Notes: generated by a model not told the origin, from the letters alone. Shown: positions 39,683-50,047, counted from the stretch's first letter. The stretch: 64,000 nucleotides of DNA from Candidatus Parcubacteria bacterium (GCA_046050355.1 JBJOPW010000002.1:62028-126027), one strand, 5' to 3'. Translations and numbers: made by a program.

Positions 39683-40258
39683 TTAGGCCTTTTCAACTCG
39701 CTCGGAGTAGGCACTATCTTCGGTGTTGACCGCCACGATATCACCTTCATTAATAAACATAGGTACCATGAGTTTGGCTCCTGTCTCTAGAGTTACTTCT
39801 TTGAGTGCGCCACCAGAAGAATTACCTTTGACAGCGTCAGCGGCTTCAGTGACTTTGAGTTCAACCTTGATAGGGAACTTGAGACCAATGATCTCGTCAT
39901 CAAACACGAGTGCTTGGATCTCACTACGATCCTTAAGGAATTTACCCTGGTCACCCACAAATTCTTCTGCGAGCATAAAGCGCTCAGCTGGTTTGCCAGC
40001 ATTATGGAACCAGTATTCGCTACCTTTGCGGTAGATAAATGTCGCCATTTTGGTTTCCAGCTCTGCTTCCTCGGCCGTCTCGTTCACATGGAAGGTATTT
40101 TCAATCACGCGACCAGTTTTGATGTTCTTGAGCTTTGTGATGTTGACCGGTTTACGTTGCTGTTTACGAAATACGTGATAGGAGATAACGATATACGGTT
40201 CATCGTTAAAAAGAATCACTTTTTTGGGGGTAATTTCGTTGTAAGATAAGACTGCCAT
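39683..40258 (-). CDS. efp: Elongation factor P (atypical loop)
   Basis: TKLKNI.TG, VKGNS, LETG...VP.FI..GD, YSER. Confidence 0.93.
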   Translation of the reverse strand: MAVLSYNEITPKKVILFNDEPYIVISYHVFRKQQRKPVNITKLKNIKTGRVIENTFHVNETAEEAELETKMATFIYRKGSEYWFHNAGKPAERFMLAEEFVGDQGKFLKDRSEIQALVFDDEIIGLKFPIKVELKVTEAADAVKGNSSGGALKEVTLETGAKLMVPMFINEGDIVAVNTEDSAYSERVEKA

Positions 40259-40484
40259 GAAGTAAAGAAACGAGCGTAGCGACTATTCTGAACTTCGTTC
40301 CCGATTTGGTCCTTCTTAGACCAAATCGCTGGAACTGGTACACACAGTCAACGTGCTTACTAAAATTTAATAATAATCTATTGCAAAATAGATCTAGTAA
40401 CGCTACTTTATAACAAAACTACACCAAAAAAGCAAAGCTTTGTACAACACCAAAAGGGCAGTAATGGTGGTACTATAGAGATAT

Positions 40485-41075
40485 ATGCAGTGGTTTTCTA
40501 CAACTGACGACGCTCGTGAATTACCCGACGAAGAATTGTTACTGCGCTCCACCGGCCAGCCTTGGCTCTTTGCGGTCCTGCTTGATCGCTACGAACAAGC
40601 CTTTATGCGTCGCGCTTTAGCTATAATTCGGGACGAACGCGATGCCGAAGAGATCGTCCAAGATACCTTTACCAAGATCTATATGCACGCGAAGAGTTTC
40701 AAGCCACAAGAAGGCGCTAAGTTTTCGTCTTGGGCGTACCGCATCCTCCTTAATACGAGCTATACCTACTATGTGCGCAGACGTAAGCTTGGAGAGCGGG
40801 TGAGTGCGCTTGATCCTGAGTTTGAAGCGTTGGTGGCGGATAAAGGGCAAGACCCCGAACGAGCTGTTGATCGTGACATTGTCGATCGGGTGTTAGCTCG
40901 GTTGCCAGGACACTTTGCTCAAGTGTTGCGCCTCCATTACCTCGAACGCTGGAGCCAAGACGACATTGCTCGTCTTACGGGGGAAGAGGTGGGAACGGTA
41001 AAGGCACGGGTACATCGTGCCAAAGCAGCGTTTCGAAAAGCCGTTTTACCAGGAGAAATTGAGCCGACGCTGTAA
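40485..41075 (+). CDS. ECF RNA polymerase sigma factor
   Basis: DAEEIVQDTF, FSSWAYRI, region 4 IA...G...GTVKARVHRA. Confidence 0.92.
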   Translation: MQWFSTTDDARELPDEELLLRSTGQPWLFAVLLDRYEQAFMRRALAIIRDERDAEEIVQDTFTKIYMHAKSFKPQEGAKFSSWAYRILLNTSYTYYVRRRKLGERVSALDPEFEALVADKGQDPERAVDRDIVDRVLARLPGHFAQVLRLHYLERWSQDDIARLTGEEVGTVKARVHRAKAAFRKAVLPGEIEPTL

Positions 41076-41109
41076 CTTTTTTGAGGCTTTACTCGTTATA
41101 ATAATTTGT

Positions 41110-41466
41110 ATGGAAACCCTACAATCACAATTTGCCAAAAGTCGTAGCCTACGTCGAGCCGTCATGCGCCGCGTGTGGTATGTCTTTATGGTGAGTCTGA
41201 TACTACGACCGGCCCTCGTGCTCGGCTTTGTCTTTGGGGCCAGTGCCATAGCGTTTTGGCGATTGGTATCCATTACCAGTATTGTGGAGAATTTCCTTCA
41301 GGTACAAGTGGGGCATTTACCAACCTACGTCGGTACGGCCTTGATGCAGGCGGATACGACCGCCCTGTTGGCTTTTATTGGTCTTTGTATTGTGGCGATG
41401 ATTGTATGTGGCCAAATGCTTGCCATACTGGTTGCAACATGGCGTTCACGTCCACAATTAATCTAA
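41110..41466 (+). CDS. Small membrane protein, possible anti-sigma factor
   Basis: Two TM segments, directly downstream of the ECF sigma gene. Confidence 0.55.
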   Translation: METLQSQFAKSRSLRRAVMRRVWYVFMVSLILRPALVLGFVFGASAIAFWRLVSITSIVENFLQVQVGHLPTYVGTALMQADTTALLAFIGLCIVAMIVCGQMLAILVATWRSRPQLI

Positions 41467-41535
41467 CCAAAGCAGGGTAGGGTAACAACAAACAACGACC
41501 CAGGGGGTCGCTGTTTGTTGTTACCAATCACCGGA

Positions 41536-42627
41536 TTAATCGTCGCTACCTCCAGTAGCTTTTTCTTCCTTGAGTGACTTACGGACGTGTTTGAGGAGTT
41601 CGGTTCGTACTTTGGGATTTTCTCGAAGGAAGGTGCGAGCGGCATCGTAGCCTCGACCGAGCTTCACTTCACTCGAGTCGTCGCCCCCGGGCGGATTAAA
41701 GGTATATGAAGAACCAGACTTCGTGACATACTTGTACTTTTCACCAAGGGCGAGGAGTTCACCTTCAAGAGAGATGCCTTCGTTGTAGATAAGGTCAAAT
41801 TCGGTGGCTTTAAATGGGGCAGCCACCTTATTTTTTACTACTTTAACCCGATGGCGACCACCAACCACCTCTTCACCCTTTTTGATCTGGGCAATCCGGC
41901 GAATATCAAGACGGACAGATGTGTAGAATTTGAGGGCCTTTCCACCGGGGGTAGTTTCAGGATTACCAAACATCACACCAACCTGCATACGGATCTGGTT
42001 AATGAAGATAACAACCGTCTTACTCTTGGCAACAATACCAGTGAGCTTACGCAAGGCCTGACTCATGAGTCGCGCCTGCTTACCAACATGGTGCGCCCCC
42101 ATTTCACCTTCGATCTCATCGCGTGGGGTAAGGGCGGCGACGGAGTCAATCACGATGACGTCAATCTTGCCCGAGCGAACCAGGGATTCGACGATTTCGA
42201 GGGCTTGTTCACCATTGTCTGGCTGTGAGATGAGGAGTTCATCGAGCTTTACTCCCAGATTCCTGGCGTATTCAGGATCCATGGCATGTTCAGCGTCAAT
42301 AAAGGCGCAAATACCACCCGCTTTTTGAGCTTCAGCAATGGCGTGGAGGGAGAGGGTGGTTTTTCCTGATGATTCAGGGCCATAGATCTCAATAATACGA
42401 CCCCGGGGGTATCCACCAATCCCAAGCGCTTCATCGAGGCCAATTGAACCTGAAGCAATAGCGTCGACATCAACCTTGCGGCTATCACTTAAGGTCATGA
42501 TTGCTTCTTCACCAAACTTGGTTTTGAGACTACGGAGGGTCTCCGCAATGTCACTGAGTCCACTCTGTTTATCAGTAGCGGGGGAACCAATCGTCTTCGG
42601 TGCTTTGGCGGCTTTTTTTGGTTTCAT
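41536..42627 (-). CDS. recA: Recombinase RecA
   Basis: [30 protein letters not shown]. Confidence 0.99.
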   Translation of the reverse strand: MKPKKAAKAPKTIGSPATDKQSGLSDIAETLRSLKTKFGEEAIMTLSDSRKVDVDAIASGSIGLDEALGIGGYPRGRIIEIYGPESSGKTTLSLHAIAEAQKAGGICAFIDAEHAMDPEYARNLGVKLDELLISQPDNGEQALEIVESLVRSGKIDVIVIDSVAALTPRDEIEGEMGAHHVGKQARLMSQALRKLTGIVAKSKTVVIFINQIRMQVGVMFGNPETTPGGKALKFYTSVRLDIRRIAQIKKGEEVVGGRHRVKVVKNKVAAPFKATEFDLIYNEGISLEGELLALGEKYKYVTKSGSSYTFNPPGGDDSSEVKLGRGYDAARTFLRENPKVRTELLKHVRKSLKEEKATGGSDD

Positions 42628-42705
42628 GGTCAGATAGGTTACTTATTTATTTCTACAAACACAGCAATTATACCATATGGGTGCTTTTGCGGGGGTGTAT
42701 GCACG

Positions 42706-43089
42706 TTACGGAGTGACAAGTGATGCCGGTGTATACATAAACGGTCGCTCGAGTTTGGTGACGCGTCCATAGCGGTCGGTGGCGGCGAGTGTTGCTATGG
42801 TATACCCATTTTCGAGCACCAGCGCTTCCTTAAAGTGTCCAGTTGGATCAGTGAAGATCTGCCGACCGTTGAGGGAGAGATTGGTGATGTTTACCGCCAT
42901 CCCTTCAAGGGTTACGATGCGCTCGTTATGAACACGTTCCGGTTCAAAAGCGAGGACAATCTGTGGCCCAGCAATTAGAAAACGCGCCTGCCAGAGGATA
43001 TAGAGCACTAAGAGCAACAGGCTGGTGGCGATGAGAGCACCTTTTATGAGGGTGCGAAAGGTAAAACGAGGTAAGGTAATCGGGGCCAT
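42706..43089 (-). CDS. Single-TM protein with small Ig-like domain
   Basis: TM followed by LNG..I.....G.F...L.L..G......A.DRYG. Confidence 0.65.
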   Translation of the reverse strand: MAPITLPRFTFRTLIKGALIATSLLLLVLYILWQARFLIAGPQIVLAFEPERVHNERIVTLEGMAVNITNLSLNGRQIFTDPTGHFKEALVLENGYTIATLAATDRYGRVTKLERPFMYTPASLVTP

Positions 43090-43095
43090 AGTGTA

Positions 43096-45321
43096 TTAGA
43101 ATGTATCTCGACCTTCATCCTCCTCACGTTCATTGGCCACATCAGTATCGCCACCAATAAGTACCTGTCTTGGCTTGGCGCCATCGGCGGGTCCGATCAC
43201 CCCTTTCTCTTCGAGGAGATCCATCAGACGAGCGGCTCGTGAATAACCAACCCGAAGCTTGCGCTGAATATATGAGGTTGAGGCTTTGCCAGCTTCGATC
43301 ACAGCTACTTTTGCATCCTCATAGAGGTCATCGTCATCGTTGCTGTCATCATCCTGAAGCATGCCTATAAAGCTGTCGCCAGTGCCGCCAGACTTCTCGT
43401 CGAGGTTAATTGAGTCAAGCGACTGGGCTTCAGCCTGAGCCTTGAGGTAGGCAACCACATTTTTGGTTTCGTCTTCAGAGATGAAGGCCGATTGGAGACG
43501 GATTGGTTTTGGTGAATCACTCGAAAGGAAGAGCATATCGCCACGACCGAGGAGCTTTTCTGCACCAATTTGATCGAGAATGGTCCGTGAGTCAATTTGA
43601 GAAGCCACATTAAGCGCGAGACGAGTAGGGATATTGGCCTTAATGGTACCAGTGATAACGTTCACACTTGGTCGCTGGGTGGCGAGGATGAGGTGAATAC
43701 CGACCGCGCGACTCATCTGGGCGAGGCGGACAATGAGGGCTTCGAGTTCCCGTGGGTAGGCAAGCATGAGGTCGGCGAGCTCGTCCATCACAATCACGAT
43801 ATACGGGAGTGGCTCAGGGAGTTCTGCTCGAGTTTCTTCGAGTGCGCCGGCCTCCTCCCAGGCTTTTTTGGCAGGTTGGTAGATATTGTTGTGGTACGAA
43901 TCGAGATTTTGAATTTTCTTACTCTGGAGGATGTCATAACGTCGTTCCATTTCCTTTACCGCCCACTTGAGCATGAGGAGGGTCTTCTTGGCGTCAGTGA
44001 TGACCGAGGTCAGGAGATGGGGAATGCCCTCGTAGAGGGTGAGTTCCACGCGCTTTGGGTCAACCATGAGGAGACGAAGTTGATCTGGTGAGTTACGGAA
44101 GAGAAGCGAGACCACAATATTGTGAATCATGATCGACTTACCAGAACCGGTAGTACCAGCGATGAGGGCGTGTGGCATGCGAGCGATATTCGCAAAGTGG
44201 GCGTGTCCGGTTACATCTTTACCGAGGGCTACTAAGAGTGGGTGTGGAGAGTCGGTATATTCGGGAGTCTTGAGGAGTGATGCCAGACCGACCGTAGCGC
44301 GTTGCAAGTTCGGGATTTCGATGCCCACCAGTGATTTCCCGGGAATCGGAGCTTCAATACGAAGGGCGCTCGTTGAGAGGTTTAGTTGGAGTTCTTGTTG
44401 CAGACCGACAATACGAGCGATCTTCACCCCTTGGGCGGGCTTCAGCGCATAGCGGGTGATAGTTGGTCCCACCTCAACTGCGTCCATCTCCACATTAATA
44501 CCGAACTCTTTGAGGGTGCGCTTGATGATGTTGGCGTTTGCCTTCACATCACCGGTTTGGGCTTTACCGGTATCTTTTTTAAGGAGTGAAAGAGACGGAG
44601 GAGCGTATCGTCCCCGGAACGTAGAAACCACAAAATCTCCATTTTTAGTACTGAGACCGAGGGATTCTTTGGCTGCCGCCACAAGCGGTCGCTTGGCTGG
44701 AGTCTCGCTTTCCTCAAGTTCTGCGTCATCATCACTGGCGACTTTCTGCTTAGCTGGCAGCTCGTCGGGTTCATCCAGCGGAATATCAAGGTTATCGATG
44801 TCGCTATCGTCATCATAATCAAAGGCCTTTTTCTTCGGGAGGGCGAGTCCTGTGTTAAAGAAGAGGAACGTACTGATGAGAGTAAGTCCAAAAAGAATTA
44901 CACCAGCCAATACCCCACCAAGGAGCGATTCAAGTGGCCACAAGAGCGCCAGGCCAGTATAGCCCCCAAGGCCAGCGCTGGTGTGCTCAAGGAGTCCCAG
45001 GACCGCGAGGAAGAAGAGCACGATACCAATAATCTTTGAGCCGCTAATGTGGTTGTCATCTTTCGGATTGAGGAGTATGTATACAAAGAAAGCGCAGGCA
45101 ATTGGTGAGAGATACGCACCAGCACCAAACATCGTATCAAGTGCCAGATAGGTGTAGTGCCCAAGGGGTCCACTCATATCAAAAAGTGCAGCCAAAAAAA
45201 AGACACCGACAATCGCCACGAGTACCGCCCAAATCGCCTGTTTGGCTTGCGGCGACAGGTCGTCAAAGAATGAAGAACGTTCAACTACTATTTCTTTCGG
45301 TGCAGATTTCTTTTTTGCCAT
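43096..45321 (-). CDS. ftsK: DNA translocase FtsK/SpoIIIE
   Basis: N-terminal TMs, GTTGSGKS, DELADLM, LATQRPS, gamma domain VGYSRAARL. Confidence 0.97.
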   Translation of the reverse strand: MAKKKSAPKEIVVERSSFFDDLSPQAKQAIWAVLVAIVGVFFLAALFDMSGPLGHYTYLALDTMFGAGAYLSPIACAFFVYILLNPKDDNHISGSKIIGIVLFFLAVLGLLEHTSAGLGGYTGLALLWPLESLLGGVLAGVILFGLTLISTFLFFNTGLALPKKKAFDYDDDSDIDNLDIPLDEPDELPAKQKVASDDDAELEESETPAKRPLVAAAKESLGLSTKNGDFVVSTFRGRYAPPSLSLLKKDTGKAQTGDVKANANIIKRTLKEFGINVEMDAVEVGPTITRYALKPAQGVKIARIVGLQQELQLNLSTSALRIEAPIPGKSLVGIEIPNLQRATVGLASLLKTPEYTDSPHPLLVALGKDVTGHAHFANIARMPHALIAGTTGSGKSIMIHNIVVSLLFRNSPDQLRLLMVDPKRVELTLYEGIPHLLTSVITDAKKTLLMLKWAVKEMERRYDILQSKKIQNLDSYHNNIYQPAKKAWEEAGALEETRAELPEPLPYIVIVMDELADLMLAYPRELEALIVRLAQMSRAVGIHLILATQRPSVNVITGTIKANIPTRLALNVASQIDSRTILDQIGAEKLLGRGDMLFLSSDSPKPIRLQSAFISEDETKNVVAYLKAQAEAQSLDSINLDEKSGGTGDSFIGMLQDDDSNDDDDLYEDAKVAVIEAGKASTSYIQRKLRVGYSRAARLMDLLEEKGVIGPADGAKPRQVLIGGDTDVANEREEDEGRDTF

Positions 45322-45522
45322 AAACAACGTTGTAAAATATGCCCCTATCATACCACGTGACGCCCCCAAGCAGCTGTGGACTGATGACCAAAAGGTGGTC
45401 TTGTGTAGTAGGACATAAAAGCCAAGCATTGTCTCTTGTGGAAAGGACAGCAAATCAGTACCATAGAGACACGATACGAGTAAAAATGTCGTTTAAAGAA
45501 TTGCAATAATAAAAGACAATAT

Positions 45523-46257
45523 ATGGAATATATACGTCATGATAGTCTCATACAGGTGTCGTTATTGTCCGCTAATGAAGACTTTTATAATAATGTTTTT
45601 AAAAAGACAGAACGAATAATCTCGGCTGCCTTTTATCTCACGACCCATCTCGAGTCCTCAAAGACGTATACGACATTCAAAACACTCCTCGAAGAGCAGG
45701 CACTCACACTCCATGGTGCCAACCTACAGACCCTCGCGGTCCGGGTGGGCGACAGTGCTGCCTTGGTCCCACTGCAAGCGGCCCTCGTCGCCGTCGACAG
45801 TACGCTCACTATTATGAGCGGCGCCCGCGTCTTTAGTGGCGGACTGCTGGTCGGTCTCTCGGATGAGATAGATCAGGTGCTGCGGTACCTCAAGCATCAC
45901 GTGGTAGGTGGTACCAACGAAGCTATTCTTGGTACGAAAAAGGGAATTGAGAGTCGCTCATCCCTACAGACCCCTCGCGAAATTCGTCCTCGACGTATCC
46001 GCCCCCATATCCCAAAGAACGACATGAGCTCCGAAGCGGTCCTCGTCTATAGTGACTTAGGCGATCGGACAACCCGGATCAAGACTGTCCTTGAAGCCAA
46101 GCCCGACGCTACTATCAAGGACTTGACTGATATCATAACGGACGTCAGTTCAAAGACAATTCAGCGTGACCTTAATATGCTCATTGAGCGCGGTGATGTT
46201 ATACGACATGGTGAAAGACGCTGGTCTACGTACTCACTCGCTTCGTCTCTTAAATAG
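45523..46257 (+). CDS. Protein with helical N-domain and C-terminal DeoR-like winged HTH
   Basis: ATIKDL..I..VSSKTIQRDL..LI..G.V.R.GERRWS.Y at the C-terminus. Confidence 0.75.
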   Translation: MEYIRHDSLIQVSLLSANEDFYNNVFKKTERIISAAFYLTTHLESSKTYTTFKTLLEEQALTLHGANLQTLAVRVGDSAALVPLQAALVAVDSTLTIMSGARVFSGGLLVGLSDEIDQVLRYLKHHVVGGTNEAILGTKKGIESRSSLQTPREIRPRRIRPHIPKNDMSSEAVLVYSDLGDRTTRIKTVLEAKPDATIKDLTDIITDVSSKTIQRDLNMLIERGDVIRHGERRWSTYSLASSLK

Positions 46258-46308
46258 TATTTTATATATAGCTATATAATTGTCTGCACGTCTGATATAA
46301 GGTCCTTT

Positions 46309-46352
46309 ACAAAGAGACAGCGCTGGCTAATGAGTAGCCGCTGTCTCTTTGT
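46309..46352 (+). terminator. Hairpin/terminator after the HTH gene
   Basis: acaaagagacagcg/cgctgtctctttgt inverted repeat. Confidence 0.65.
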
Positions 46353-46590
46353 TTATGCAACTGGGCAGACATTACGCTACAAATAGAGATGAAGCAAGTA
46401 ATATAAGAGAAGTAGGCGATAACTTGCCAGAATTGACTTTCTGTGTTGCTGCCAATAGTACCGTAAGAGCAGTGTTTTGACCCCGTCTTCTTATACAGAT
46501 ACCAGAGTGTATGGTTCGATTTTCTGCCCTTGCATACAAGGGCGAAAAGCCGGTTTCCCCAGGGTCAAAACGTGCATTTTTAGGAAATCT

Positions 46591-47003
46591 TGCTATACTC
46601 TAAGGGTATGCGCCACGTGCGCTTTTTCTCTAGGTCGCGAGCCTATCTCATATATATGGGAGGCCGAGCACCCACAGAGAGGAAAAGCCCAAGTTGGAGG
46701 TGCTACTGTTCTTTGTCAACTGAATAGCAAACTACAATGTACGCCCGAAATATGGTGTACGTTAATTCGCAATCACTACCGCCTGACCTTCCCCTGTCCT
46801 GACCGCCTCGCTGATACCTCGGTCCCACTTCGCAGCTGACCTTCTTTTCTATCGCCTAATACACGGTAGGAGAGAGGTTGGTGATATTACGTGAGGGTAA
46901 CCTCGCGAATATGAATTAATTCATATTATTAGTATTAGTCGTCCTGATAACAAAGGGACACCGTGTAGTACTTAACCTACACTAAATTCAATTAATTGAT
47001 TAT
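46591..47003 (+). promoter_or_regulatory. Extended -10 promoter and about 400-nt structured leader of the surface protein gene
   Basis: TGcTATACT at 46591-46599, multiple hairpins, no convincing ORF. Confidence 0.5.
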
Positions 47004-48980
47004 ATGCAGATTGCAAATACTTTTGCTTCAAAGGCTCTCGTAGCCGTTGTCGCAGCTGCAATGATTTTCTCTGCTTTCGTAACTCCTGCAAAGGCAGCTA
47101 CAGCAGAAGAATTGCAGAAGATGATTAACGACCTCATGGCTCAGATGGCTGCGCTCCAGGGTGGTTCAACAACTACTACTGGTGGCTCATCAGCTGCTGT
47201 CTGTCCATTCACTTGGACTCGTGACCTCAAGACTGGTGCTACCGGTGCTGATGTTATGACCCTCCAGAAGTTCCTCAACGCTAACGCTGATACTCGTGTA
47301 GCAGCTACTGGCGCTGGTTCAGCTGGTATGGAAACTGAATACTTCGGTCCAGCAACTGCTGCCGCTGTATCAAAGTTCCAGGTAATGTACCGCGCTGATA
47401 TCCTTACTCCAGCTGGTCTTACAAACCCAACTGGTTTCTTCGGTCCATCAACTCGTGCTAAGGCTAACGCTCTTTGTGTAGCTGGTGGCTCAACTGGTGG
47501 TGATGAAGAAGAGGAAGAAGAGGAAGAAGAATCAGGTGACCTCTCAGGTGAAGCTTCACTCGAAGATGTTGTGCTTGACTCAGCTTCAGATGATGAAGTA
47601 GAAGAAGGTGAAGAAGAAGCTCCGATTGCTGAAATGCAAGTTACCTTCGAAGACGGTGACGCTTCAATTTCACGTCTCGACATTACTCTTGCTGACGAAG
47701 ATGCGTCTTCAGATGTTTGGGATGTTCTCGAGACCGTTTCTCTCTGGGTAGACGGTGAGATGGTAGCTGAGATGGATGCTTCAGATGAAGATGAATACCT
47801 CGATACTACTTCAGCATCAGGTACCATCCGCTTCTCTGGCCTCGATATCGTAGCTATGGAAGATGAGGATCTTGATATCACTATTGCTGCTACTCTCCAG
47901 AGTAGTATCGATAACGCTGACCTCGATTCATACGCAGTATCTGTAGACGCTATCCGCTTCTTTGACGCTGATGGTGTTGCTACCACAGAAGAAGGTGACT
48001 TCGACCTCGGTCTTGAAGATGCAGTAACCTTTACTATCGTTGCAGAAGGTGCTGATGATGAAATCATCGTTAAGGCATCTGAGAACGATCCTGTGGCTAC
48101 TACTCTCAAGCTTGAAGATGACCAGAAGTCTGACTTCATGCACGTCTTCTCATTCGATATCGACACCGATGATTCAACTAACGATATTGAACTCAATGAA
48201 GTAGCTGTTACTGTTGTAGTTTCATCTTCAACATACGCTGCTATCGTTGATGACGCTGAGCTCGAAATCGATGGTACTACTATTGATGATGTAACTGTAA
48301 ACTCAGGCACTTCAACCGTAGTTCTTACCTTCGATGTTGACGGTGATGTCACTATCGACGCTGGTGATCGTGTAGAAGCTAAGCTTAACCTTAAGTTTAA
48401 GTCACTTGCTCTCGGTAACGAAGGTATGACTGTAACTGCACAGGTAACTTCAGCCAACGCTGACGCTATCGTAGCTGAAGGTGCTGACGATATTGGTACT
48501 GGCGCTATTTCAGGTGCTGCTACTGGTGACGCTCACACCCTCCGCACTACTGGTCTTGACGTAACTCTCGATTCAGATTCAGCGGTTGTAACAACTGGTG
48601 ATTCTGCAAACGATGACTACGCTACCTACGAAATTGTGCTTGATGTAACTGCATTCGAACAGGATGTATTTATCAGTACAAACCAGGCTACCTCAGCTTC
48701 AGTATCAATTGTGAACTCAGCTGGTGCTACCGTTTCTGGTACTTCATCAGTCGTGCTCGATTCTTCTGCTGATGTAGAAGGTGGATCATTCAAGATCAAT
48801 GAAGGTGAAACTGAGAGTGTTACCATTACAGTAACATTTGATGCAACTACTGCAGGTGCATCAGCTCGTCTCCAGCTCAACAGTCTTGTCTTTGGTGAGA
48901 CTGACGGTGCTAACAACCAGACTTGGTTGGCTCTTCCAGCTGAAGACTTCCGCACTGATATCGTAACTCTCGTTAACTAG
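47004..48980 (+). CDS. Acidic secreted surface (probable S-layer-like) protein with peptidoglycan-binding domain
   Basis: Signal peptide ending AKA, PG-binding motif G.DV..LQKFLN...YFGPATAAAV.KFQ, D/E/T-rich beta domains, strongly biased GCT/ACT/TCA codon use. Confidence 0.75.
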   Translation: MQIANTFASKALVAVVAAAMIFSAFVTPAKAATAEELQKMINDLMAQMAALQGGSTTTTGGSSAAVCPFTWTRDLKTGATGADVMTLQKFLNANADTRVAATGAGSAGMETEYFGPATAAAVSKFQVMYRADILTPAGLTNPTGFFGPSTRAKANALCVAGGSTGGDEEEEEEEEESGDLSGEASLEDVVLDSASDDEVEEGEEEAPIAEMQVTFEDGDASISRLDITLADEDASSDVWDVLETVSLWVDGEMVAEMDASDEDEYLDTTSASGTIRFSGLDIVAMEDEDLDITIAATLQSSIDNADLDSYAVSVDAIRFFDADGVATTEEGDFDLGLEDAVTFTIVAEGADDEIIVKASENDPVATTLKLEDDQKSDFMHVFSFDIDTDDSTNDIELNEVAVTVVVSSSTYAAIVDDAELEIDGTTIDDVTVNSGTSTVVLTFDVDGDVTIDAGDRVEAKLNLKFKSLALGNEGMTVTAQVTSANADAIVAEGADDIGTGAISGAATGDAHTLRTTGLDVTLDSDSAVVTTGDSANDDYATYEIVLDVTAFEQDVFISTNQATSASVSIVNSAGATVSGTSSVVLDSSADVEGGSFKINEGETESVTITVTFDATTAGASARLQLNSLVFGETDGANNQTWLALPAEDFRTDIVTLVN

Positions 48981-49062
48981 TTTTAACTTGAGTTCGAGTC
49001 TAGACGTACGTCTAAGCTAGAAAGCAAACGCAAAGTAGAATTAAAAACTCTGCAATGCAAAA

Positions 49063-49090
49063 CAAAAATCCCCGCAAGGGGATTTTTGTT
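49063..49090 (+). terminator. Terminator after the surface protein gene
   Basis: aaaaatcccc-gcaa-ggggattttt. Confidence 0.8.
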
Positions 49091-49123
49091 GTTTACACAA
49101 ACCAAATCCTTTAGGGAATTCCC

Positions 49124-49157
49124 CGAAGGGCGACCCTTCGCGAAGGGTCGCCCTTCG
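49124..49157. repeat. REP-like palindrome doublet (left copy)
   Basis: Perfect 34-bp palindrome cgaagggcgacccttcg/cgaagggtcgcccttcg. Confidence 0.85.
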
Positions 49158-49187
49158 TAAAACCAGCAAAATCAACAGACGCAAACG

Positions 49188-49229
49188 ACAAAGGACCGTC
49201 CTTCGTATTCACGAAGGACGGCCCTTTGT
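49188..49229. repeat. Variant REP-like doublet
   Basis: acaaaggaccgtccttcgt-attc-acgaaggacggccctttgt. Confidence 0.7.
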
Positions 49230-49259
49230 GACATGTGCTACCATTAAATGAAGTAAGTT

Positions 49260-49970
49260 ATGTCTACTCGTCTCATAACACTCGCTCCACATGAACACTT
49301 CCATGTCTATAATCGTGGAGTAGATAAACGAAAAATATTTTTAGACGGGAGTGATTATAGACGTTTTATCGAATTACTGTATGTTGCTAACACTACAACA
49401 TCAATCGACATCAGGTCGCTACGTGAACGCCATACCTCGCTTTTTGATTTTGATCGCGGCGATACTCTTGTCTCCATTGGGGCTTATTGCCTAATGCCGA
49501 ATCATTTTCATATCCTCATAACTTCTTCTGTAGAGGGAGGTATTACTGGTTTTATGAGCAAAATTAGTACTGGCTACTCTATGTATTTCAATAAACGGTA
49601 CGACCGTTCCGGGGCGCTATTTCAGGGGCGGTTTAAATCCCAGCATGCCGACAGTGATGAGTACCTCAAATACCTCTACGCGTATATCCACCTCAACCCG
49701 GTCAAGCTGATAGACAAGGATTGGAAAGAGCGGGGGAGCAAAGACGCAGCAAAATCTTTTGATTTTGCTGCGTCTTTTCAGTATTCTAGTCTGCAGGATT
49801 ATCTGGGGAGTACTCGCCCCGAGAGTCTCATTCTGGATAAACAACCATTCCCGGAATATTTTGCCACCTCAGCAGACACCAAAAACGAATTATTTGATTG
49901 GTTAACCTATCAAGACTTTACTATCAACCAAAACGAAGGGCGACCCTTCGCGAAGGGTCGCCCTTCGTAA
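49260..49970 (+). mobile_element. REP-associated tyrosine (Y1 HUH) transposase, RAYT/IS200-like
   Basis: HVYNRG, AYCLMPNHFH (HUH), YFNK.Y.R.G.LFQGRF, YIHLNPV. Confidence 0.9.
49934..49967. repeat. REP-like palindrome doublet (right copy, overlapping the last RAYT codons)
   Basis: Identical to 49124-49157. Both copies are followed by TAA. Confidence 0.85.
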
Positions 49971-50047
49971 TTTGTAATGAGTTATGCACAAAGGGGCTGG
50001 TAGGGGGCTGAATTCAGCTTTATACTTTATTCATTAGCTACTCATAT

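Noticed and set aside
47141-48457. 438-aa Ser-rich minus-strand ORF
   Set aside because: Antisense artefact of the strong codon bias of the surface protein gene.
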